From: Rhizophagus irregularis
Lineage: Eukaryota
Direction: 5' to 3'
NCBI RefSeq assembly: GCF_026210795.1
Contig: NC_089429.1
Span: forward strand, 4,836,001-4,900,000
DNA: 64,000 nucleotides
Below the pieces are notes generated by a model. It did no database searches. It was not told the origin of the DNA and was given only the letters and a program-made list of their open reading frames with translations. The translations under genes and the position numbers were made by a program. Positions 51,596-63,000 of the stretch are shown here, piece after piece (the first letter of the stretch is position 1; the number at the start of each line of letters is the position of its first letter).

Positions 51596-54363
51596 TCTAT
51601 ATAATTTTTTTACTTAAAAGCTTATTAACTAATTAATAATTAAAATCTTATATTTATAGCTTTGGAATAGAAAGAAAAGGGAGAAATATTTTTAATAAGT
51701 TGCTACAAAGTTTGATTGTTTATTGTTATGTCATATTATGGGATTTTGTTTTAATAAAATTTATTTAATTGATTAATCTTTTTTATCTTGAACGTTATTT
51801 AAGTGAAATTTGGTATAATAAACTATAGTTGGTGTGGGTAAATATAATTAAAATTTAACCTAAACAACATATTAGAATTCATTATTAACTTGGATTATTC
51901 ATTTTGTGCATATTTTTTAAATTTTATATAAAAATAAATAAAAAACGAACGTCAATTAAATATTGTCTTGGTCACGTGATCGCAGATCATTTGTGGCTTG
52001 GTGTCAATTCCAACCTTTTAAAGGCTTTTAGCGCAAAAAAAAACTTAAGATTTTGTGATCTCGTATTACATGACACACATTACATGTGTTTTTTTGAGTG
52101 TGTTTTTTGATATAATTTTTTGTGTGTTTTTTTGTGTTTTTGTCATCACCTCATATAAATTATCGAATTTCAACCATTTTGAAAACGGCAATAATGTCAC
52201 AATACATTGTATACAAACTATAATAAAATGCTCATTATTAGTTTTGTACAATAGTTAGTATAACATTAATTGTAATGTTAATTTATCAACATGTATATTT
52301 AATAGTAAATTGTAGCAAATTACTGTAAATATATTGTGAAATTTAATTGTAAATACAGTACATTACTACAAATGCATTATCTAATGTAAAATTGTCTAAA
52401 AATTAATTCCATCATGTATATTATGATCCACCATGTAGGATGTTGACTTCAAAGATGCCAAAGATGATTTATTTTTTATTTTTCAGTTTTTACCGTAAAG
52501 ACCAAAACTAACCTTAGTCTTTTTTTATTGATTTCTTTCATCCCTCTTTTTTTTATTATTATTTCTTTTGGTTAACTTAACCAAATTTTTTTTTGTTTTA
52601 TTTTTATTGGATTTTTTTTTAGGATTTTTACTTCGGGGTGATCACCACTGTTGGCCAGAATTATCAATTTTACCGGCACTATATTTTTTAATGCTGGTCA
52701 ATCGTCATAATTTCAGTCACCGGTGATCATCAGGTGATAGTTAGAAAAATTCTTTTTTTTTGATTTTTTTAATCGGGAATTTATCAAATGGAATTTTTTT
52801 TTTAACCAAAAAAATATTGTTTATTCTTTTTTAGTTTGGTTCAAGACTATAATTAGATTATAACTATATCCTACAGCTTTTTCGGTGGAGATTTTTTTTA
52901 GTCAATGGGTATTGTTTCTGACTAATAAATCCGCATGAAAATTTTTTTTTGATGATATTAACGAATTTTTTTTTAGTGAGATTGAGATTGTTTTTAATTA
53001 TATAGATCACATAAATAATTTGAATTATGTAACTTGAAATCCCATACCATATAATTAAAACCCATGACATGCCTCCGTCTGATCTATCTATGGTTAAAAA
53101 CTATTCAATCCGTGTGTTAATCGGAATTTTTTTTGTTTTTTTGATTATTAATTCAAATATTTTTAGCTTTTTTTGATTTCATTTTTTTTAAACTGAAAAA
53201 AAGTTTTTCTCCCTTTTCTTCTTTTGGTTTTTTTTCAAACTGAAAATTTTATTTTATCTTTTTTTTCCAAACTGAAAATTTTTTTTTTATTAAATAATCC
53301 TATTGTTTCGGTCTTTTAAGACCAATTTTTTTTATATTATTTTTTTTTATCTTTTTTTTTAGACTGTATTGCTATTTTAAAAAATTTTTTTTTTCGGAAT
53401 TTTTTTTCGGTACTTATTTTTTTTGATTCCTTTTTTTTTCATTTTTTTTAAACAGATTTCTTTCTTTATCCTTTTTTTTCCCCAATTTTTTTTCTTTTTC
53501 TATCAATTTTTTTTTAATTATTACTTTTTTTAAAAAATCAATATAACATGTAGGAAAATTGATAATGGTGTAGTTAGTCGAAAAATAATTAGCCGCAACG
53601 TGATCCGGACCGTTTTTAAGCTAACTAAAATTGATAGAAAGATGATTAAGATTTTTTCAATTAAATTGAACGCTGGATAAATAGTTTGATTTTCAAATTC
53701 ATAAAAATCAAAAAAATTGATATTTTTACAATATTTTATAATAAATTAATTAAAGAAATTGTTAACAAAAAATCACCAGATTTTGAATAAAGATTTTAAT
53801 TTATATGGTTTAGTTAAATTAATAATTTATCAAGTAAAATTAGTATCAAAAGAATAATAATAAATGAAATGAATAGATTCTAATACATTTAATTGATCAA
53901 ATATTTTTCCTAAGTTTGTTATAAGTTTAAGATTGATGTAATATAAATAATAAGAAATATTTATAAAATTTATAATTAACTAATAAAAATATTTGTAGTA
54001 TTTTCATAATATTAAAGTTTTTTCGAAAATACTTCTAAAAAATTAATCAATTTTTATTGATAATTATTTTTTCATAATTTCTTAATTTCATTCTACATTC
54101 AAACGTCAAATTATTAATATAAATAGCTACATTATTGTAAATATAATTTATATCATTCTAATATACAGTATTATAAATATAATTTAATACATATTATTTT
54201 ATTATTTTTTGTTGACTAATTATTACCTATATTAAATTCCTAATTAAATATAAACAAAAACTACTGTAACCATTCTTTAATTTACTTAGTATTACATTAC
54301 AATGCTAAATTTTCTATTTAACAAACTCATTGGTCCCGGTGCGAAGCAACGGGTGACTGCTAG
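51596..54363 (+). mobile_element. Non-autonomous Helitron-like element carrying an F-box/LRR gene fragment
   Basis: 3' end CCCGGTGC-GAA-GCAACGGG hairpin + TGACTG + CTAG|T (54360-54363); candidate 5' end A|TCTATATAAT at 51596. Confidence 0.65.
53640..53950 (-). pseudogene. Internal fragment of F-box/LRR-family gene
   Basis: aataaagattttaatttatatggtttagttaaattaataat...gattctaatacatttaatt and ttgatatttttacaatattttat align by eye with about 3050-3420 of the F-box gene. Confidence 0.75.
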
Positions 54364-54975
54364 TATTTTATTAAATATTTACTTATAAAAGAACTACATT
54401 GTTATATTTCTCATATGGATAAGGTTCTAAAAAATTTACTTCCAATAGTTCCAAGTAAAAATATTAAATTTTTTATATTTTCTTTATTCATGCAGAATGT
54501 AACGAATATGTATGGTAAAGATTAAAATTTAGATTATTAAAATATGAAAATCAAGAATTATTAATGATATGTAAATTAACATACTAACAAATAACAATAT
54601 TGAATTAAAAAGTTTACATTAAGCTTCAAACTTAAAACTAATCAAAAAAAAAAATAAAATCTATCTTATTTAATGAAATATTACGATGAACATTTAAGTA
54701 TTAGTTTATAATTCTAAATAAATTTAATATTTAGACAAAAATTTTTTTATCTGGATTATATGTATGAAGAATTTAATCAATAAGATTTAAGTTTCCAAAT
54801 TCGAAAGTATTTTATTATCAGACCTATGACGAAGTCGCAGTTGAAGTTTCAAATTACGTCATCATACAATCAATTTCCTTTTTAAATATAGTTTTGCATA
54901 ACATAGTACAATTATATAAATATTGCTTTTCATTCCAAAAATAGGTTTATTGTTTAATTTTTTTTAAAAAAAAAA

Positions 54976-55896
54976 ATGACGAAAGGACTTTCTCTAGAAC
55001 AAGATTTAAGATTATTAATAAATAATCCAAAATATAGTGATATAGAAATTTTATGTGAAGATGAAAAGAAATTACATGTTTGTAGAGCAATTTTAGCTGC
55101 AAGATCCGAAGTATTTGATAAGTTACTTTATAATGGAATGAAGGAAACTTATGAAAATCAAATTTCTTTTCCAAAAATTAATTCTGCTGGAATGGAGATT
55201 ATATTAGAATATATTTATACTGGATCAGTTAAAAAAGAATCTTTAACAAAAGATAATTTAATTGAAGCTTTTTTTGCTGCACATTATTTTCAGTTATCAG
55301 ACCTTCAGGATTTTATTATAAAAACAATCAAGAGCACTAATTTCGTAAAAGATTATTCTCCAGAGTTACTAACTAAAGTATCAGAAATAATACCATTAAC
55401 AGAAGATAATATTATTCTCAATTTATTAGTTGAAACAGTAGCAAACATACCATTAGACAGTATTGAGTTTGGTAGATTGTCCATTACAGGCCTTAAATAT
55501 CTTTTATCTATTACATATGAAAAAGAAACACCATTTGCTACCCAAGAGTATGAAGTTTTTCGATATAGTGTAATTCTAGCAGCAAAACAAGTCTCTGATG
55601 ATGTATATAGAAATCTTATGGAACAGTTACCAACTTTAGAACAAATTGAAAATTCAATTGAAGTAGAAAATAAACTTCTTATTGATCATCAAAAAGTTAC
55701 TAAAGAACTAGAACCTTTGGTTAAATATATTGATTTCAAAAGGATTAAGACTCATATATTAGCCAATTTTATTGAACCATTAGGAATTATCACCCCATTC
55801 AACCGATCAACAAAGGTTCTAACCTTACATTTCATGTCTCAAGTGTCTAGGTTATATCCTTCGTGGTCCGCCCATGGTTTTAACCCATGTCCGTGA
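54976..55896 (+). pseudogene. BTB-SPRY gene truncated at 55790 by an insertion (BTB + helical part intact, SPRY lost, 35-aa foreign tail)
   Basis: Close match to the 49751 paralog ends at EPLGII; the sequence switches at 55791 to CACCCCATTC... Confidence 0.85.
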
Positions 55897-55979
55897 TATA
55901 CTTTGACTTGTCATGCTGTGTCATAGAAACAAATCATGCTAATTAATTTAATCTAACAATATATTATTATACTCACTTA

Positions 55980-57400
55980 TAGTCATATACGGACATTTAT
56001 GTCTATGATATTTGTTGATGATGCTCCTTGTCAGATATGGCTGTGATATTTGTTGTCAATTGCTCATGATGATACTCCTTGTCAGATATGGCTGTGATAT
56101 TTGTTGTCAATTGCTCATGATGATACCCCTTGTCAGGTACAGACATTTATGTCCGTGATATTTGTTAATGATGCTCCTTGTCATATACAACCATGATATT
56201 TGTTGTCAATTGCTTATAATGATACTACTTGTCAGGTACGGACATTTATGTCCGTGATTTTTGTTGATGATGCTCCTTGTCAGATACGACCATGATATTT
56301 GTTGTCAATTGCTTATAATGATACTCCTTGTCAGGTACGGACATTTATGTCTGTGATATTTGTTAATGATGCTCCTTGTCATATACGACCATGATATTTG
56401 TTGTCAATTGCTCATGATGATACTACTTGTCAGGTACGGACATTTATGTCCGTGATATTTGTTAATGATGCTCCTTGTCAGATACGACCATGATATTTGT
56501 TGTCAATTGCTTATAATGATACTCCTTGTCAGGTACGGACATTTATGTCCGTGATATTTGTTAATGATGCTCCTTGTCATATACAACCATGATATTTGTT
56601 GTCAATTGCTTATGATGATACTACTTGTCAGGTACGGACATTTATGTCCATAATATTTGTTAATGATGCTCCTTGTCATATACAACCATGATATTTGTTG
56701 TCAATTGCTCATGATGATACTACTTGTCAGGTACGGACATTTATTTCCGTAATATTTGTTGATGATGCTCCTTGTCAGATACGACCATGATATTCGTTGT
56801 CAATTGCTTATGATGATACTCCTTGTCAGGTATGGACATTTATGTCCGTGATATTTGTTAATGATGCTCCATGTCATATACGACCATGATATTTGTTGTC
56901 AATTGCTCATGATGATACTACTTGTCAGGTATGGACATTTATGTCCGTGATATTTATAATAACCTTTGTCAAGCACAGACATTTATGTCCGTGATATTTA
57001 TGATAACCTTGTCAAGCACAGACATTTATGTCCATGATATTTGTGATAACCTTTGTCAAGCACAGACATTTATGTCCATGATATTTGTGATAACCTTTGT
57101 CAAGCACAGAAATTTATGTCTGTGATATTTGTGATAACCTTTGTAAAGCACAGTCCATGATTTTTGTTATACTTATGATAATCTTTGTCAAACACAGACA
57201 TTTATGTTCGTAATATTTATTATACTTATCTTTTGTCTTATGATAACCTTTATTAAGCACAGACATTTATGTCTGTGATTTTTGTTATACTTATAATAAT
57301 CTTTGTAAAGCACAGACATTTATGTCTGTAATATTTATTATGCTTATCCTTTGTCTTATAATAGATAACCTTTGTCAAGCACAAACATTATTTATATCCA
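55980..57400. repeat. 99-bp tandem repeat (about 9 copies) grading into ~40-bp repeats, with a palindrome in most units
   Basis: GATGCTCCTTG recurs at 56170, 56269, 56368...; units contain ACGGACAT-TT-ATGTCCGT. Confidence 0.9.
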
Positions 57401-58417
57401 TGATTTTTGATTTTTTGCACCCATCCATCCAGTATTTTAATTATAAATAAGACAATTTTATAATTTTTGACTGCATATTCATTTACCAACTTCATTAATA
57501 AATATTTTATATCACCTTATAACTATAAAAAAGGCAATTTTTTTTTCAAGTTTTACACATTAATTTGGCCAGGTTTAAAATAATTTTGCACAGCAAAATT
57601 TGTCAGAATTATTTGGCCAGAATTATAATACAGATACTGTATAAATGTCCAGTTTGCAAATTTGGCCAGAATTATAAAATGGACATAAATGTCTGGTTTG
57701 CAAATTTGACCAGAATTATAAAATGAACAGTTTTTGTAAATTTGGCCGGCATTATGAATATAGATATTTTAATCCTTATAGAAAGTTTTTGTGCTAAATT
57801 TATACCAAATGGACTCAGTTTAAAATTAGCTCAAATTTATGCAAAAAAATAATCCAAATTTAGTTTATAAGGTAACTTATCATAATCCAGTGTTCATAGA
57901 AAAATAAATTATAGCTTGTTAGCTTTGTCTCATCAAGATAAGTTAAATTGTTAGTGGTTTCTATCATTAATAAATGGGAAGTTATTGAATGCATTTAGAA
58001 TTATTTAAGAATACAAAAAAATTCTTTCAAAAAAATGTTAATATCTTATTATTTATTATTAATCCTAAAGGTATAAATCCACCATTTAATACATCTCAAT
58101 ACAATCCAATAAGCTGTATACTATCTTTTTACAATCACTTAATGGCAAGTTGATGCAATTTAACTTTTAGCAATTTGGTATATTTAACCAAAAAAAAAAT
58201 TATTTTTATTGTATCTAGATAATCAATAAAATTAGACATATAAAAAGATATTTATATTGTTTTTATTATTTATTTGACATATGAAAGTATATATGTGATA
58301 TCATGTTTTATAAACATTATATGAAAATTTTGTAAAAATTTATAATTGATATGATAATTTACCAATTACTATAATTTTATTATTAAGTTTACTTTAATAC
58401 ACTGGTCAAAATCTATG

Positions 58418-58720
58418 CTATCGGGTATATATCGGGCACCTATATATCGGTGACTAATCAGATATATATCGGGCATTTACATATATCGGGTACAACATCG
58501 GGTACCCAATATGTCACCGATATACACTGGTATATTTCGGGCACCTATATAATCAGATATATATCGCCCAATATGTCACCGATATATTTCTAATATATAT
58601 CGGGTACTAATCACAGGTCAAATGATTTGTCATATGACTTTCAGGTCAGAACATAACGGTAAGTGTTATATGAATATCGGGAGAATTTCAGCAATCCGAT
58701 ATTTCTCTTAATCCTTACCG
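58418..58720. repeat. Cluster of ATATCGG/CCGATAT motifs in both orientations
   Basis: About a dozen TATCGG(G)/CCGATAT copies in ~300 bp. Confidence 0.7.
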
Positions 58721-58989
58721 AACTATTTATGATATCAGGTGTATATTTGCTATGTCAAAACCTGATTTCTTTTTATTATTTATTCATTTATATGTACTAT
58801 TATTTATTTATTTATTTATTTATTTAACATATAATATATTTATTTCATTATTATATTTAAATTATTCATTAATTTATCCTATTCTATCTATTTACATTAT
58901 GTTGTTAATGGTTTGGAACATTGTTCCAGTTGGTTCGATTCCAACAAGCAACTTCTAAGTTCTAATATCAGATCTTGACATTACGATCA

Positions 58990-59950
58990 TGTCTGATCTA
59001 CATTACGCGTTTTAATCCAAGAAACATAAAAAAATAAAAAAAAAAGTGTTAGCTTTGTTTAATAATACCATTATTGCATTAACAAAAGAACCTACCATAA
59101 TGTTTTATCCAAAAATCGTTCAAAGCATTGTCCAAGAACCTAAAAAATAGAAGAAATTATGTTAGTACTGCATTCTAACGTCATTAACATTCACATACCA
59201 ACCAAAAGAAACTTATTATCGGTACAGAAATCTGTGTTTTTTATCCACAAAAACCATTCAGAAACCTAACGAAAAAAAAACAAATGGATTTAATATGCCA
59301 TTAATATCACCACATAACTACTCAAAGAAACATACCGCAAGGAGACATCCAGAAACTATTTTAAAACCTAAAAACAAAAAAAAGGTGTTATTATAGTTTA
59401 ATAGTACTACTGTATTAACACCCACCCGAAAGACTTACCATAAACAGTTATCAACGAATCGTCTAAAAAATCAGAAAAAGAAAGAAGTAAAAGGTGTTAA
59501 TATCGCTCCATATAATCACCAAAAGAAACTTATTGCAAATAATCGTCTGACTTAAAACCTAAAAAAAAATAAAAAAAGCATTATTATATAGTTTAATAAC
59601 GCCATTAATACCCAACCAAAAGACCTACCGCGAAGGATTATTCAGGAACTATCAAGAATCCTAAAAATAAAAAATAGTGGCGTTAGTTATTATTTTTTAT
59701 AACACCATTAGCAATACCACACTCAACTATATATATATATACACTCCATTACATGCCGTTTGTCTAAGAGCTGTTTAAAAACTGCCTAAAAACCTAAAAA
59801 AGATAAAGAAATGGCATTAGTGGAATTCCTAACACCATTCACACCACAATGACCACATACTTCATTACCTTTAGTCTAGAAATCTCTGAAAGAACGTTCC
59901 TAATTAATTTCATTTCTAAAATAAAGGAAAAAATAAAAAAATATCTTATT
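58990..59950 (-). repeat. Second intron/micro-exon array (about 8-9 units, ~115-120-bp period)
   Basis: On the minus strand: repeated GTAAG/GTAGG/GTATG donors, CTAAC/TTAAC/CTAAT branch points and TTTTTAG acceptors around ~25-50-nt exons. Confidence 0.7.
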
Positions 59951-60089
59951 ATCGGCTCCGAGCGAGTTCTGATCTGGAAATTAAACTAAAAAAAAATTAT
60001 TTTTTTTATAACCTTTTTTTTAAAAAAATAGATTATCAGTAAATCGTTTAGCAAGTCATATGACTGTAGTCGCAGTTACTGATTATGTA

Positions 60090-63000
60090 TCCAAATGGTT
60101 TTTCGAGAATTTTTTTAATTAAAAGGATCATTTAGGGCATTTTTTGATAGAGAATTTTCTAATGATTCATTTGGAGAGATTATTTTTGAGAATTTTTTAA
60201 CCAAAGGGATTTTTTGATAGAGAATTTTTTTGATAGAGAATTTTCTAAGAGTTTGTTTGGAAAAATCATTTTTTGAGAATTTTTTAACTGAAGGTATCAT
60301 TTGATAGAGAAATTTCTAAGAGTTCGTTTAGGAAAATTATTTTTTGTATTTTTTAATTAAGGGGATCGCTTAGGGCATTTTTGATAGAGAATTTTCTAAT
60401 GATTCGTTTGGAGAGATTGTTTTTGAGAATTTTTTAACTAAAGGGAACGTTTGAAACATTTTTGATAGAGAATTTTCTAAGAATTCGTTTGGAAAATGGT
60501 TTTTCGACAATTTTTTAACTAAAAGGATCATTTAGGGCATTTTTTGATTGAGAATTTTCTAAGAGTTCGTTTAGGGAAATTATTTTTTGAATTTTTTAAC
60601 CAAAGGGACCGTTGGAACATTTTTTGATAGAGAATTTTTTTGATAGAGAATTTTCTAAGAGTTTGTTTGGAAAAATTATTTTTTGAGAATTTTTTAACTG
60701 AAGGTATCATTTGATAGAGAAATTTCTAAGAGTTCGTTTAGGGAAATTATTTTTTGTATTTTTTAATTAAGGGGATCGCTTAGGGCATTTTTGATAGAGA
60801 ATTTTCTAATGATTCGTTTGGAGAGATTGTTTTTGAGAATTTTTTAATTAAAGGGAACGTTTGGACATTTTTGATAGAGAATTTTCTAAGAATTTGTTTG
60901 GGAAATGGTTTTTCGAGAATTTTTTAATTAAGGGGATCATTTAGGGCATTTTTTGATTGAGAATTTTCTAAGAGTTCGTTTAGGGAAATTATTTTTTGAA
61001 TTTTTTAATTAAGGGGATCGTTTAGGGCATTTTTTGATAGAGAATTTTCTAAGGATTCGTTTGGAGAGATTATTTTTGAGAATTTTTTAACTAAAGGGAA
61101 CATTTGGAACATTTTTGATAGAGAATTTTCTAAGAGTTCGTTTGAGAAATGGTTTTTCGAGAATTTTTTAATTAAAAGGATCATTTAGGGCATTTTTTGA
61201 TAGAGAATTTTCTAAGAGTTCGTTTAGGGAAATTATTTTTTGAATTTTTTAATTAAGGGGATCGTTTAGGGCATTTTTTGATAGAGAATTTTCTAAGGAT
61301 TCGTTTGGAGAGATTATTTTTGAGAATTTTTAACTAAAGGGAACGTTTGGAACATTTTTGATTGAGAATTTTCTAAGAGTTCGTTTGGAAAATGGTTTTT
61401 CGAGAATTTTTTAATCAAAAGGATCATTTAGGGCATTTTTTGATAGAGAATTTTCTAAGAGTTCGTTTAGGGAAATTATTTTTTGAATTTTTTAACCAAA
61501 GGGACCGTTGGAACATTTTTTGATAGAGAATTTTTTTGATAGAGAATTTTCTAAGAGTTTGTTTGGAAAAATTATTTTTTGAGAATTTTTTAACTGAAGG
61601 TATCATTTGATAGAGAAATTTCTAAGAGTTCGTTTAGGGAAATTATTTTTTGTATTTTTTAATTAAGGGGATCGCTTAGGGCATTTTTGATAGAGAATTT
61701 TCTAATGATTCGTTTGGAGAGATTGTTTTTGAGAATTTTTTAATTAAAGGGAACGTTTGGACATTTTTGATAGAGAATTTTCTAAGAATTTGTTTGGGAA
61801 ATGGTTTTTCGAGAATTTTTTAACTAAAAGGATCATTTAGGGCATTTTTTGATTGAGAATTTTCTAAGAGTTCGTTTAGGGAAATTATTTTTTGTATTTT
61901 TTAATTAAGGGGATCGTTTAGGGCATTTTTTGATAGAGAATTTTCTAAGGATTCGTTTGGAGAGATTATTTTTGAGAATTTTTTAACTAAAGGGAACGTT
62001 TGGAACATTTTTGATAGAGAATTTTCTAAGAGTTCGTTTGAGAAATGGTTTTTCGAGAATTTTTTAATTAAAAGGATCATTTAGGGCATTTTTTGATAGA
62101 GAAGTTTCTAAGAGTTCGTTTAGGGAAATTATTTTTTGAATTTTTTAATTAAGGGGATCGTTTAGGGCATTTTTTGATAGAGAATTTTCTAAGGATTCAT
62201 TTGGAGAGATTATTTTTGAGAATTTTTTAACTAAAGGGAACGTTTGGAACATTTTTGATTGAGAATTTTCTAAGAGTTCGTTTGGAAAATGGTTTTTCGA
62301 GAATTTTTTAATCAAAAGGATCATTTAGGGCATTTTTTGATAGAGAATTTTCTAAGAGTTCGTTTAGGGAAATTATTTTTTGTATTTTTTAATTAAGGGG
62401 ATCGCTTAGGGCATTTTTGATAGAGAATTTTCTAATGATTCGTTTGGAGAGATTGTTTTTGAGAATTTTTTAATTAAAGGGAACGTTTGGACATTTTTGA
62501 TAGAGAATTTTCTAAGAGTTCGTTTGGAAAATGGTTTTTCGAGAATTTTTTAATCAAAAGGATCATTTAGGGTATTTTTTGATAGAGAATTTTCTAAGAG
62601 TTCGTTTAGGGAAATTATTTTTTGAATTTTTTAACCAAAGGGACCGTTGGAACATTTTTTGATAGAGAATTTTTTTGATAGAGAATTTTCTAAGAGTTGG
62701 TTTGGAAAAATTATTTTTTGAGAATTTTTTAACTAAAGGTATCATTTGATAGAGAAATTTCTAAGAGTTCGTTTAGGGAAATTATTTTTTGTATTTTTTA
62801 ATTAAGGGGATCGCTTAGGGCATTTTTGATAGAGAATTTTCTAATGATTCGTTTGGAGAGATTGTTTTTGAGAATTTTTTAATTAAAGGGAACGTTTGGA
62901 CATTTTTGATAGAGAATTTTCTAAGAGTTCGTTTGGAAAATGGTTTTTCGAGAATTTTTTAATCAAAAGGATCATTTAGGGCATTTTCTGATAGAGAATT

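Noticed and set aside
8436..55174. Recurrent antisense or alternate-frame ORFs over BTB genes (MEKKF..., MNG...)
   Set aside because: Shadows of the conserved sense coding sequence.
55980..56940. CRISPR-like array or 33-aa coding repeat
   Set aside because: Spacers are not unique, no cas genes, eukaryotic context; the minus-strand frames all contain stops and the ORF track shows no long ORF.
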